A DNA stretch of 64,000 bases, taken from positions 70,957 to 134,956 of the forward strand of contig JAHJCU010000005.1 in the NCBI GenBank assembly GCA_018812925.1. Direction: 5' to 3'. Positions 27,313-37,349 of the stretch are shown here, piece after piece. Position 1 is the first letter of the stretch, and every line of letters starts with the position of its first letter. Source of the DNA: Candidatus Omnitrophota bacterium. GTDB lineage: Bacteria > CAIJMQ01. A program made the translations under genes and the position numbers. Below the pieces are notes generated by a model. It ran no database searches and was not told the origin of the DNA. It saw nothing but the letters and a program-made list of their open reading frames with translations.

Positions 27313-27576
27313 TTGCAACCCCTTACTGTTCTAACCGATTATTTCGTAATTCTTTCCTGCGAAAGTCAGGTCCAAATTAAAACTGTTGCCGGTGCAATAA
27401 CCGACAAGCTGTCCCAAAAAGGTATCAAAGCAAACCATATTGAAGGTACGCCTGAAAGCAAATGGATACTTTTGGATTACAACGGAGTAATTATACACAT
27501 CTTTCATAGAGAATTAAGGAATTACTATCAGTTGGAAAAAGTGTGGGGTGATGCAAAGAACATAAACTATAAATGA
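27313..27576 (+). CDS. rsfS: Ribosomal silencing factor RsfS (Iojap). The conserved N-terminus continues upstream of the only canonical start, a TTG at 27313.
   Basis: 'DYNGVIIHIFHRELRNYYQLEKVWGDA' is the RsfS C-terminal signature. The upstream in-frame sequence 'KKIALIGALAAEEKKAEDIVILNL' (27244-27312) is the conserved RsfS N-terminal helix, but no ATG/GTG/TTG precedes it. Only ATT/ATC codons follow the AGAGGTGGG RBS. Confidence 0.75.
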   Translation: MQPLTVLTDYFVILSCESQVQIKTVAGAITDKLSQKGIKANHIEGTPESKWILLDYNGVIIHIFHRELRNYYQLEKVWGDAKNINYK

Positions 27577-27636
27577 AATACATAGAAATATGCCCGCTTG
27601 CTTGCGAAGCGGGCAGGATAGATATACATAGAAATA
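27575..27636 (+). promoter_or_regulatory. Phased GAAATA repeats upstream of argS.
   Basis: GAAATAcataGAAATA at 27575-27590 and GATATAcataGAAATA at 27621-27636, flanking the GC-rich hairpin. Confidence 0.4.
27592..27615 (+). terminator. GC-rich hairpin GCCCGCTT-gcttgcg-AAGCGGGC after rsfS. Terminator-like, without a U-tract.
   Basis: 8-bp perfect stem with a 7-nt loop. Similar GCCCGC/GCGGGC hairpins follow other genes (for example around 39291 and 37181). Confidence 0.35.
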
Positions 27637-27682
27637 CATGGCATACAGACAATTTATTTCTATTTATGTTTGATATTTAATT

Positions 27683-29332
27683 ATGAATCCTCGAGAAGAA
27701 ATAATAAAACAGTTAAAGAAAATCACAAATCTAAAAGAAATCAATTTAGAAATTCCTCCCGAAGGTTTGGGGGATTACGCTTTTCCTTGTTTTGTTTTGG
27801 CTAAAACCTTTAAAAAAAGCCCTATTCAGATCGCTCAAGATTTAGCAGGTAAAATCAAACCTACCAAACTTATCGAAAAAGCGGAAGCCAAGGGTCCATA
27901 TCTGAACTTTTTCGTCAATAAAACAATTATCGCAGAAGATATCCTGAGGAAAATCATAAAAGAGAAAAATAAATTCGGTTCAAGAAAGCATAAGAAAGAG
28001 AAGATACTCGTTGAGCATACAAGCATAAATCCAAATGCTTCACCTCATATAGGAAGAGCGCGAAACGCTTTGCTTGGTGATTTTATCGTGCGTCTTTTAA
28101 GATTTCAAGGGTATGATATCGAAACACATTATTTTGTAAACGATATCGGTAAACAAATAGCAATGCTTGTTTTGGGCGCGGAAGACAAACAAAAAATAAC
28201 GTTTAATGATTTATTAAATCTCTATATCAAAATAAACGAAAAAATTGAAAAAACTCCGGAATTGGAACAAAAGGTCTTTGAATTATTAAAGAAACTTGAA
28301 GAAGGTGATGAGAAAACAAAGAAACGATTTAGAGATATTGTAGATATTTGTGTTAAAGGCCAGGTAAAGATTTTTCGGGAACTGGATATCAAGTATGATA
28401 AATTTGATTACGAGTCAGACTATCTTTGGACAAAAAAAACAGTTCAAGTTTTAAAAGAATTAGAAAAAACGGGAAAACTGTTTATGGACGAGGAAGAAAG
28501 ATATGTGCTTGACCAGAAAGATTCCAACCTTCCTATGGAAAGTCCTTTCTTAGTCCTAACCAGAGCGGATAAAACAAGCTTATATCCATTAAGAGACCTT
28601 GCGTACCATATTGATAAGAAAAAATCCAAAAGCATTATTGTTCTTGGAGAAGACCAGAAGCTTTATTTCCAACAGCTAAAGGCGGCTTTAACATTGCTGG
28701 GGAAACCTTCTCCTCAACCTGTTTTTTATTCTTTTGTCCTCTTGGAAACCGGGAAAATGTCAACAAGAAAAGGCAACCTTGTTTTGTTGGAAGATTTTAT
28801 GAAAGAGGCATTGCAAAAAGCAAGGGAAGAAATAAAGCAGCGACATAACAACATTGACGATAAAGACGCAAAAAAAATCGCTTACGGAGCAATAAAGTAT
28901 TCAATCTTAAAAGTTACTCCGGAGAGAAATGTAACTTTCAGCTGGAAAGCGTTACAGTTTGAAGGAGATACGGGCCCATATATTCAATATGCCTGCGCGA
29001 GAATAAATTCAATCTTGAGAAAATACGAGAAAGAAATAGACGAAAAAATTGATTTTTCTTTATTAAAAACAGATGAAGAAAACAATTTAATAAAACTGTT
29101 ATCTAATTTTAGTGAGATAATAAAAGAATCGCAGAGAACGCTCAAACCAACAATAATCATAAATTATATCTACAATTTGGCACAGGGCTTTTCCAATTTT
29201 TATATAAAGTGTCCGATATTAAAGGCTGATGAAGGGCTCCAAAAAGCCCGTATGCTATTGGCAAGTTGTGTTAAACAGGTTTTGGAGAATGGATTAAGCA
29301 TTTTGGGTATAGAAACGCTTGAGAAGATGTGA
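27683..29332 (+). CDS. argS: Arginine--tRNA ligase.
   Basis: Class I 'HTSINPNASPHIGRARN' (HIGH region), a 'KMSTRKG' KMSKS-like motif, and a DALR anticodon-binding C-terminus. 549 aa. Confidence 0.9.
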   Translation: MNPREEIIKQLKKITNLKEINLEIPPEGLGDYAFPCFVLAKTFKKSPIQIAQDLAGKIKPTKLIEKAEAKGPYLNFFVNKTIIAEDILRKIIKEKNKFGSRKHKKEKILVEHTSINPNASPHIGRARNALLGDFIVRLLRFQGYDIETHYFVNDIGKQIAMLVLGAEDKQKITFNDLLNLYIKINEKIEKTPELEQKVFELLKKLEEGDEKTKKRFRDIVDICVKGQVKIFRELDIKYDKFDYESDYLWTKKTVQVLKELEKTGKLFMDEEERYVLDQKDSNLPMESPFLVLTRADKTSLYPLRDLAYHIDKKKSKSIIVLGEDQKLYFQQLKAALTLLGKPSPQPVFYSFVLLETGKMSTRKGNLVLLEDFMKEALQKAREEIKQRHNNIDDKDAKKIAYGAIKYSILKVTPERNVTFSWKALQFEGDTGPYIQYACARINSILRKYEKEIDEKIDFSLLKTDEENNLIKLLSNFSEIIKESQRTLKPTIIINYIYNLAQGFSNFYIKCPILKADEGLQKARMLLASCVKQVLENGLSILGIETLEKM

Positions 29333-29483
29333 AGCTCCACGACTCCAATCCATGCTTTATGCTATAAGATTTCGTGGAGCGGAACCCCGCATCGTTTCGA
29401 ACCATTATTGGTTCGGAACTGGTGTGCGGGTAGATTCAAATAATAATTGTATCTATAAGTCTTCTTGGTTTTAAGATGGAAAT

Positions 29484-30215
29484 ATGAATAAAACCCTCAA
29501 TATTCTGTCCCTCGGATTAAAAGATTATCAAGAAACATACAAAATCCAAAAAGAGCTTGTCAAACAAAGGGCTGCAGGACAAATCCCAGATACGCTGCTC
29601 TTGGTAGAACATACGCCCGTTTTTACAATCGGCAGAAATGGTGGTAGGGAAAATATATTGGTCTCCTCTATAAAACTAGAAAAAGAAGGGATAAATGTCC
29701 ATGAAACTGATAGAGGCGGAGACATTACTTATCACGGTCCGGGTCAAATAGTGGGATATCCGATAATCGATTTGAAAAACTACGGGAAAGATATTCATCT
29801 TTATTTGCGAATGCTTGAAGAAGTGATTATAAAATTACTGGAAAAATTTAATATAAAAGCCAAAAGAATAAAAGGGATGACAGGTGTCTGGGTTCGCCCC
29901 GTTAGAGATAGGTCGCCATTTGGCGACCGTACGGAAGTGCCAGAGGCACTTCTTAGCTCTAATGGGGTTGATGACAAGAAGATTGCTTCAATCGGCATAG
30001 GAGTAAGCAGGTGGGTTACTTATCACGGATTTGCACTCAATATAGACCCGAATATAAAACACTTTGCTATGATTAATCCCTGCGGGCTTGGTAAATCCGT
30101 TACTTGCATGAAAGAACAATTAAACGACAGATGTCCTGAAAGAAAGAAAATAGAGAGTAAATTATTTGAAAGTTTTTCGGAAGTTTTTTCCAAAAGAAAT
30201 CTTAGTATAGTATAA
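29484..30215 (+). CDS. lipB: Octanoyltransferase (lipoyl(octanoyl) transferase).
   Basis: 'LLLVEHTPVFTIGRNG', 'RGGDITYHGPGQIVGYPII' and a catalytic C/K region 'CGLGKSVTCM'. Confidence 0.85.
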   Translation: MNKTLNILSLGLKDYQETYKIQKELVKQRAAGQIPDTLLLVEHTPVFTIGRNGGRENILVSSIKLEKEGINVHETDRGGDITYHGPGQIVGYPIIDLKNYGKDIHLYLRMLEEVIIKLLEKFNIKAKRIKGMTGVWVRPVRDRSPFGDRTEVPEALLSSNGVDDKKIASIGIGVSRWVTYHGFALNIDPNIKHFAMINPCGLGKSVTCMKEQLNDRCPERKKIESKLFESFSEVFSKRNLSIV

Positions 30216-30224
30216 TTAAACATT

Positions 30225-31325
30225 ATGAACGAGAAAAAAATAGACTTAGATGATTTTCTTGGCATAATGCTCAAAGAAAATGCTTCCGACCTTTATTTCA
30301 AAGTCGGAAGCGTACCCTACATAAGAACAGGTAAAGGCGTTCAGCCAATTTCAGTTCAAAATATTTCTTCTGCGGATATGGAATTAATATCCCGGAGGAT
30401 AATGAATGATGGGCATAAAGAAGCTTTTAACAAACACAAAGAATTGGATTTGGCTTATAGTTCTCCAAAATGGGGACGCTTCAGAGTCAATATGTTTTTG
30501 CAACGGGGAGAGATTGGGATAGTTTTGAGAGAAGTTAAGAGAAAAATATCTACATTCCAAGAGCTTAATCTGCCAAGTGAAGTGCTGAAAAAACTTTCTT
30601 TGGAGCCAAGAGGTTTGGTGTTGATTACAGGACCCGCAGGATGCGGGAAATCCACAACACTTGCTTCAATTATAGAGTTTATAAATCAGAACAAGGAATC
30701 ACATATAGTTACAATAGAAGACCCTATAGAATTTTTGCACGAAGACAAGAAATCACTCATAAATCAGCGGGAAATAGGAACAGACACTAATTCGTTTGCG
30801 ATGGCTTTAAAACACGTTATAAGACAAAGCCCCGATGTTATACTTATCGGCGAGACGAGAGACACTCCAACAGCGGAGGCGGCAATAATGGCAGCAGAAA
30901 CGGGACATTTGGTTTTTTCAACTTTGCATACTATTGATGCGCCGTCGACTCTAGAAAGAATTTTGAATTTTTTCCCTCCACATATACAGCCGCAAATGAG
31001 AGTTCAACTTGCTTATGTATTAAAAGGAGTCATTTCTCTAAGACTATTGACTACTTTAAAAGGCGAAAGAATTCCGGCAGTTTCGGTTATGATTCCGACC
31101 CCGACAATCCAAAAATTGATATTAGAAAACAGACTTTTAGAAATACGGGAAGTGATGGAACAAGGAGAACTTTTCGGAATGCAAACTTTCACTCAGGCGC
31201 TTTTAAAACTTTATAAAGAAAGACAAATTTCACACGAATATGCAATGCAAATGAGTGATGCTCCAACCGAATTTGCCCTTAAAACTAAAGGTATTTTTAG
31301 AGGAACTAAAGAAGAAATACTGTAA
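30225..31325 (+). CDS. pilT: Type IV pilus retraction ATPase PilT.
   Basis: Walker A 'GPAGCGKST', 'DPIEF' Asp box, 'LIGETRD' Walker B and a His-box 'GHLVFSTLHT'. Confidence 0.85.
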   Translation: MNEKKIDLDDFLGIMLKENASDLYFKVGSVPYIRTGKGVQPISVQNISSADMELISRRIMNDGHKEAFNKHKELDLAYSSPKWGRFRVNMFLQRGEIGIVLREVKRKISTFQELNLPSEVLKKLSLEPRGLVLITGPAGCGKSTTLASIIEFINQNKESHIVTIEDPIEFLHEDKKSLINQREIGTDTNSFAMALKHVIRQSPDVILIGETRDTPTAEAAIMAAETGHLVFSTLHTIDAPSTLERILNFFPPHIQPQMRVQLAYVLKGVISLRLLTTLKGERIPAVSVMIPTPTIQKLILENRLLEIREVMEQGELFGMQTFTQALLKLYKERQISHEYAMQMSDAPTEFALKTKGIFRGTKEEIL

Positions 31326-31345
31326 AAAAGAGAAGGAGAAATCAA

Positions 31346-32395
31346 ATGGACATATCGGAACTTTTAAAAGAAGCCGTCCAAAGAACCGCTTCGGATTTGC
31401 ATATTATCGCCAACGCTCCGCCCGTTTTTAGAATAAACGGTGAACTTATTTTATCGCAAGATTATCCGATTTTGAAATCCGAAGATACCAAAAAACTTAT
31501 CTACGGGTTCCTTTCTGATTCACAAAAAGTCGTATTTGAAGAGAAGAAAGAATTAGATTTTTCAATAAACATTCCAAAAGTTACACGATTCAGAGTAAAT
31601 GTCCATATGCAAAGAGGAAATGTGGAAGCCGCTTTAAGAATAGTGCCTTTGGCCATTCCTGTAATAGAAGAACTTAATTTACCTGAAATTGTAAAAACAT
31701 TAATTAATAAACCCAATGGCATAATTATAGTCACGGGGCCTACGGGTATGGGGAAAACCACAACTTTGGCAGCTTTAGTCGATAGGATAAACGAAGAAAA
31801 TAAATATCTTATCATAACCGTAGAAGACCCTATAGAATATATCCACACAAACAAGCAGGGGGTAATCAAACAAAGAGAGGTTGGTTCCGATACCTTGAGT
31901 TTTGCGAATGCTTTGAAATATACGCTTCGCCAAGACCCCGATGTGATAAGTGTCGGCGAGATGCGGGATTTAGAAACGATATCCACGGCGCTGACTGCGG
32001 CGGAAACAGGACATTTGGTTTTGACAACGCTTCATACACCTGATGCTTCGCAAACTATAGATCGTATAATCGATGTATTTCCTCCTTATCAACAACAGCA
32101 GATAAAAATACAGCTCTCGGGATGTCTTCAAGCAATAATATCTCAGGTATTGCTTCCCCGTGCGGACAAAGAAGGCAGAATTCTTGCAACAGAAATACTC
32201 GTTGCCACATCGGCAATACGCGCATTGATACGGGAACAAAGAACCGAACAGATTCCTTCAAGCATTCAAACCGGCGCGCAATTTGGGATGCAAAGCATGG
32301 ATAAATCATTAAAAGAACTTTATCAAAAAGGGTTGATTACTTATGAAATAGCATTATCTCATGCCAAAAACCCTTTGGATTTTAAAAAAATGTGA
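31346..32395 (+). CDS. pilU: PilT/PilU-family twitching ATPase paralog.
   Basis: 'GPTGMGKTTT', 'DPIEYIH', 'SVGEMRD' and 'GHLVLTTLHT'. Confidence 0.8.
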   Translation: MDISELLKEAVQRTASDLHIIANAPPVFRINGELILSQDYPILKSEDTKKLIYGFLSDSQKVVFEEKKELDFSINIPKVTRFRVNVHMQRGNVEAALRIVPLAIPVIEELNLPEIVKTLINKPNGIIIVTGPTGMGKTTTLAALVDRINEENKYLIITVEDPIEYIHTNKQGVIKQREVGSDTLSFANALKYTLRQDPDVISVGEMRDLETISTALTAAETGHLVLTTLHTPDASQTIDRIIDVFPPYQQQQIKIQLSGCLQAIISQVLLPRADKEGRILATEILVATSAIRALIREQRTEQIPSSIQTGAQFGMQSMDKSLKELYQKGLITYEIALSHAKNPLDFKKM

Positions 32396-32492
32396 TAGAT
32401 AAACAGATGACAGAAAACAGACGACAGAAGGCAGAAAAAATTCAACTATTATCTGATTTCTGTACTCTGACATCTGACTTCTGAATTTAAAC

Positions 32493-33665
32493 ATGATTGA
32501 ATCTAAAAGAATTTCAAAACTGCCTACTTATATATTTGCAAGATTAAATAAACTTAAGAGTGAGGCAAGAAAAGAAGGTAAAGATATTATCGATTTAGGT
32601 ATGGGTAATCCCGACCAGCCACCTTCTCCCAAAATAATTGCCAAACTAATCGAGACGGCTCAAAAAAGCAAAGTCCATGGTTATTCTACATCAAAAGGTA
32701 TTCCCCATTTAAGGGAAGCTATTACAAAAAGATATGAAGAAAAATACGGTGTAAAATTAAACCCTGAAACAGAAGCTGTTGTTTGCATAGGGGTAAAAGA
32801 AGGATTTTCTCATCTTGCGTTAGCTATATTAGATGAGGGTGACACTGTAATAGTCCCTACGCCTACCTATCCTTCCCATATTTATCATATTGCTATTGCC
32901 GGGGGCAATCTTGTAACAACGCCACTGTTAGATGAGAATTCTTTTATCCCCGAATTAGAGCGTACTGTCAAAAAAAGAGCCCCGAAAGCAAAAGTTTTAG
33001 TTATATCTTTTCCTCATAATCCAACGACAAGAACTGCTTCGATAGAATTTTTCGAAGAGATAGTCAAATTTGCAAAAAAACATAAATTGATCGTAATACA
33101 CGATTTTGCTTATGCAGATATATGTTTTGACGGTTATAAAGCTCCTTCATTTATGCAGGCAAAAGACGCGAAAAAAATAGGAGTGGAATTCTATTCTATT
33201 TCCAAGACATACAACATGGCTGGATGGAGAGTAGGATTTTTGGTTGGCAATAAAGATATTGTTGGCGCTCTTATAAAAATTAAAAGTTATTATGATTATG
33301 GAATATTTACTCCGATTCAGGTTGCCACTATTCAGGCATTAAATGGTCCGCAGGATTATGTGGAAAAAACTTTAGAGAATTATAAAATAAGAAGAGACGT
33401 CTTAGTTAACGGCTTTAATAATATGGGTTGGCATGTAGAATTACCCGAAGCAACAATGTATGTGTGGGCTCCGCTTCCCGAAAAATTCAAAAAAGAAGGT
33501 TCTTTGAATTTTTCAATTCGCCTTTTAAAAGAAGCCGATGTAGTATGTTCTCCGGGTATCGGATTCGGCGATAACGGCGAAGGATTCGTAAGATTCGCGC
33601 TGGTAGAAAACGAACACAGAATAAAACAGGCAGTAAGAGGAATAAAGAAAGTGATACAAAAATAA
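32493..33665 (+). CDS. Class I/II pyridoxal-phosphate aminotransferase (AlaA/DapL-like).
   Basis: 'ISKLPTYIFARLNKLK' N-terminus, and a PLP lysine region 'FYSISKTYNMAGWRVGF'. 390 aa. Confidence 0.75.
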   Translation: MIESKRISKLPTYIFARLNKLKSEARKEGKDIIDLGMGNPDQPPSPKIIAKLIETAQKSKVHGYSTSKGIPHLREAITKRYEEKYGVKLNPETEAVVCIGVKEGFSHLALAILDEGDTVIVPTPTYPSHIYHIAIAGGNLVTTPLLDENSFIPELERTVKKRAPKAKVLVISFPHNPTTRTASIEFFEEIVKFAKKHKLIVIHDFAYADICFDGYKAPSFMQAKDAKKIGVEFYSISKTYNMAGWRVGFLVGNKDIVGALIKIKSYYDYGIFTPIQVATIQALNGPQDYVEKTLENYKIRRDVLVNGFNNMGWHVELPEATMYVWAPLPEKFKKEGSLNFSIRLLKEADVVCSPGIGFGDNGEGFVRFALVENEHRIKQAVRGIKKVIQK

Positions 33666-33711
33666 TATTCAAGATTAAAAATTTAACATTCCAGCTTCTC
33701 TAAATCAGAAC

Positions 33712-34005
33712 ATGAAAAATATTATAAGTAAAAAAGATGTAGAGTATGTAGCGAAACTATCTCGGCTCAAATTGAGAGAAGACGAGATACCAAAATTTAC
33801 ACATCAGTTAAACACTATACTTGAATACATAAAAAAATTAAACGAAGTTGATACATCTAAAACGGAACCGACTTTGCAGGTTGTACCCCTTGTGAATGTT
33901 AGAAGAAAAGATGTTCAAGTGCTGTCTTCCACGGTAGAAGACGTGCTCAAAAACGCGCCTGATAAAGAAAGAGGATATTTTAAAGTACCGCCAATCATAG
34001 AATAA
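33712..34005 (+). CDS. gatC: Glu/Asp-tRNA amidotransferase subunit C.
   Basis: 97 aa. 'VAKLSRLKLREDE' is a GatC signature. It sits directly upstream of gatA. Confidence 0.85.
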   Translation: MKNIISKKDVEYVAKLSRLKLREDEIPKFTHQLNTILEYIKKLNEVDTSKTEPTLQVVPLVNVRRKDVQVLSSTVEDVLKNAPDKERGYFKVPPIIE

Positions 34006-34011
34006 CGATAT

Positions 34012-35523
34012 ATGGAATTATACAAACTAACTGCTCACGAGCTTAATAATTTGCTTGTAGAGAAAAAAGCTTCTTCCTTTGAGATTACCACGAGTATTTA
34101 TGAACGCATAGAAAAATTAAACAAAAAAATAAATTCCTATATTACACTTACTAAAGAATTAGCTCTACAAAAAGCCGAAAAAGTAGACAAAAAAATCAGT
34201 AAGGGTGAGAAAATAAGCTCTATCTCCGGTATTCCCATCGCAATAAAAGATGTTATCTCGACAAGAGATATCAGAACTACCTGTGGTTCAAAAATACTTT
34301 CGAATTATATCCCTATCTATGACGCAACAGTGATAGAAAAATTCAAAAAAGAGGATGTCATAATTTTGGGTAAAACGAATATGGACGAATTCGCTATGGG
34401 TTCTTCAACCGAAAATTCTGCATACGGGGTCTGCAGGAATCCTTGGAATACTTCTACTATACCGGGCGGTTCTTCAGGCGGTTCGGCGGCTTGCGTGGCG
34501 GCCGATTTTGCAATTATGTCATTGGGGTCGGATACAGGCGGTTCTATTCGTCAGCCTGCAAGTATGTGCGGGGTTGTTGGATTAAAACCCACTTATGGCA
34601 GAGTGTCGCGATATGGACTTGTGGCATTCGCGTCTTCCCTAGACCAGATTGGCACATTTACGAAAGATATAGAGGACTGTGCAATTCTTCTGAATATGAT
34701 AGCAGGACATGACCCGATGGATTCAACTTCTGTTGTAAAAGAAGTCCCAAATTATACTCAGTACCTAAAAAATGACGCCCAAAAAGTAAAGGTCGGAATT
34801 CCTAAGGAATATTTTGTCAAAGGGACGGATAAAGAAGTTGAGAAAGCGATTTTAAACAGTATAGAAACTTTTAAAAAACTGGGAGCCGAAATCGTTGAGG
34901 TTTCATTGCCTCATACAGAATACGCAGTTGCTGCATATTATATTATTGCGCCCGCAGAAGCCAGTTCCAACCTTGCCCGATATGACGGAGTGCACTATGG
35001 GTTCAGGACAGAAAACAGAGGACACCTGCCCGCTTCGCAGCAGGCGGGGAAAACAGAGGACAGAAAAATTAGCAGTATTGTCGATATGTATGAGAAGACG
35101 CGTGATGAAGGTTTCGGCGAAGAGGTAAAAAGAAGAATAATGCTCGGAACATACGCTTTATCTTCAGGTTATTATGAAGCTTATTACCTAAAAGCATTAA
35201 AAGTGAGAACACTGATAAAAAACGATTTTGATAAGGCATTTAAAAAATGTGATGTAATTGTTACGCCAGTTTCTCCGACACCTGCATTTAAAATAGGAGA
35301 AAAAATTTCCGACCCGTTGCAGATGTATCTTTCGGATATATTTACAATTCCCGTAAACTTAGCCGGACTTCCCGCTATTTCTATCCCTTGCGGATTTTCT
35401 AAAGGCGGATTGCCGATAGGTCTTCAAATTATAGGTAAACCTTTTGATGAAGGACAAATTTTACGGACTGCTTATACATTTGAGCAGAATACGGAATACC
35501 ATAATAAGAAACCGAAAATATAA
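34012..35523 (+). CDS. gatA: Glu/Asp-tRNA amidotransferase subunit A.
   Basis: Amidase signature '[33 protein letters not shown]'. Confidence 0.9.
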   Translation: MELYKLTAHELNNLLVEKKASSFEITTSIYERIEKLNKKINSYITLTKELALQKAEKVDKKISKGEKISSISGIPIAIKDVISTRDIRTTCGSKILSNYIPIYDATVIEKFKKEDVIILGKTNMDEFAMGSSTENSAYGVCRNPWNTSTIPGGSSGGSAACVAADFAIMSLGSDTGGSIRQPASMCGVVGLKPTYGRVSRYGLVAFASSLDQIGTFTKDIEDCAILLNMIAGHDPMDSTSVVKEVPNYTQYLKNDAQKVKVGIPKEYFVKGTDKEVEKAILNSIETFKKLGAEIVEVSLPHTEYAVAAYYIIAPAEASSNLARYDGVHYGFRTENRGHLPASQQAGKTEDRKISSIVDMYEKTRDEGFGEEVKRRIMLGTYALSSGYYEAYYLKALKVRTLIKNDFDKAFKKCDVIVTPVSPTPAFKIGEKISDPLQMYLSDIFTIPVNLAGLPAISIPCGFSKGGLPIGLQIIGKPFDEGQILRTAYTFEQNTEYHNKKPKI

Positions 35524-35556
35524 TAATAATTCAAGATTCCAGATTTAAGATTCCCC

Positions 35557-35616
35557 TAGAAATTGCGAAGCAATTTCAGGGACTGAGTCCCGGAAATCCT
35601 CCGGATTTCTCGGGGC
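35557..35616 (+). repeat. Family A triple-hairpin core copy.
   Basis: GAAATTGCGAAGCAATTTC-AGGGACTGAGTCCC-GGAAATCCTCCGGATTTC-TCGGGGC. Confidence 0.6.
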
Positions 35617-35639
35617 AAAATTCGCAAGAATCTTTAATC

Positions 35640-37118
35640 TTGAATTTTCAATCTTTAATGGAGATTATGACATACGAACCTGTAATCGGTCTTGAAATAC
35701 ACGCTGAACTTGCTACCGAAACGAAACTATTTTGCGGATGCTCAACAAAATTTGGTTCTCCGCCGAACTCGCAAGTTTGCCCCGTGTGTATGGGGCTTCC
35801 AGGTGTGCTTCCCGTAGTAAACGAAAAAGCGGTTGAATATATGATTAGGACTGCTTTAGCGCTCAATTGTATAATAACACACCTAACAAAATTCGACAGG
35901 AAGAATTATTATTATCCCGACCTTCCCAAAAATTATCAGATTTCACAACAATATCTGCCTTTTGCCAAAGACGGATTTCTTGAAATTAAACTTGGCGATA
36001 AAATTAAACGAATCGGCGTGGACAATATTCATCTTGAAGAAGATGCGGGTAAGAATATCCATCTTGAAAATGGGCAAGCATCTTTGGTGGACTTAAACCG
36101 CACGGGTATACCTTTAATAGAAATCGTAACGAAACCGGATATGAGGAGCCTGGAAGAAGTTGAAGTGTTTATGAATAACTTAAGAGACATATTACTTTAT
36201 ATCGGGATTTCTGACTGTAAAATGGAAGAGGGTTCTTTAAGATTTGAAGCAAATATATCAGTAAGAGAAAAAGGCGAAGATATTTTGTCGCCAAGAGTTG
36301 AAATAAAAAATCTGAATTCTTTCAAAATTGTTCTTGCGGCTATCAAATACGAAGTAGAAAGACAAAAAGAAACACTTGAAAAAGGGGAAAAGGTTTCTCA
36401 AGAAACCAGATTATGGGATGAAGAAGGGCAAAAAACACACCCGATGCGCAGTAAAGAAGAAGCGCACGATTACCGATATTTCCCCGAACCGGACCTTCCC
36501 CCGCTTTTTATTTCGGATGAAGAAATAGAAAGAATAAAAAAGGAACTGCCTGAACTTCCAAATGCGCGCAAAGAAAGATTCGCAGTTGAATATGGCTTGA
36601 CAGAATACGATTCAAACATACTCATATCAAACAAAGAAACGGCAGACTTTTTCGAAGAATGCTTAAAAGAATTCAATCAGTCCCGCTCCGACAACATCGG
36701 AGCAAAGGAAATTGCCAACTGGCTTATAGGACCTGTTGCGGGATATTTAAACGAGCATAACATTACTATTACTGAAAGCAAACTCACTTCTGAACATCTC
36801 ATTTCACTGCTTACACTTGTTAAAGAAGGGAAAATCAACCAAAATACTGCCAAAAATATACTCACGAAGATTTTTGAAAAAGGCAAACATCCGCAGGAGA
36901 TAGTTAAAGAGAACGGTCTTGCTCAAGTAACAGACGAGGAAGAGCTCTCCCAAGCAGTAGATAAAGTCCTTAAAGAAAACCAACAAGTAATAGACGATTT
37001 CAAGAAGGGTAAAACAAATGCATTCGGTTTCTTAGTCGGGCAGGTAATGAAATCAACCAAAGGCAAAGCAAATCCAAAAATAGTTAATGAATTACTTAAC
37101 CAAAAACTGAAGAAGTAA
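35640..37118 (+). CDS. gatB: Glu/Asp-tRNA amidotransferase subunit B.
   Basis: 'YEPVIGLEIHAEL', 'CPVCMGLPGVLP' and a C-terminal YqeY-like tail. The true start is possibly the Met at 35661. Confidence 0.9.
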   Translation: MNFQSLMEIMTYEPVIGLEIHAELATETKLFCGCSTKFGSPPNSQVCPVCMGLPGVLPVVNEKAVEYMIRTALALNCIITHLTKFDRKNYYYPDLPKNYQISQQYLPFAKDGFLEIKLGDKIKRIGVDNIHLEEDAGKNIHLENGQASLVDLNRTGIPLIEIVTKPDMRSLEEVEVFMNNLRDILLYIGISDCKMEEGSLRFEANISVREKGEDILSPRVEIKNLNSFKIVLAAIKYEVERQKETLEKGEKVSQETRLWDEEGQKTHPMRSKEEAHDYRYFPEPDLPPLFISDEEIERIKKELPELPNARKERFAVEYGLTEYDSNILISNKETADFFEECLKEFNQSRSDNIGAKEIANWLIGPVAGYLNEHNITITESKLTSEHLISLLTLVKEGKINQNTAKNILTKIFEKGKHPQEIVKENGLAQVTDEEELSQAVDKVLKENQQVIDDFKKGKTNAFGFLVGQVMKSTKGKANPKIVNELLNQKLKK

Positions 37119-37349
37119 TAAATCCTGAAATGATTAATAACTAAACACCAATTATTAGGAACGGTAACTGTAACACCCGCCTGTTTGCGAAGCGGGCAGA
37201 AAGCTCGTGTCGGTAAATTTCGTAATTCGTAACCCTTACCAACTAACGATATTCAATTATCTTGGTTATTGATTTGTACAGGGTCTTGACAAAGAGGGAA
37301 TGATATGATAAAAACAATTTGATTTCTAAAAAAGAAAAGGAGGTTAAAT

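Noticed and set aside
31501-31986. A 161-aa minus-strand ORF inside pilU.
   Set aside because: Antisense shadow ORF.
37285-37349. A TTGACA hexamer upstream of the first DUF1559 gene, considered as a promoter.
   Set aside because: There is no adequately spaced -10: the spacer to TATGAT is only 12 nt, and the alternative -10 TAAAAA is weak. I am not confident enough to call it.
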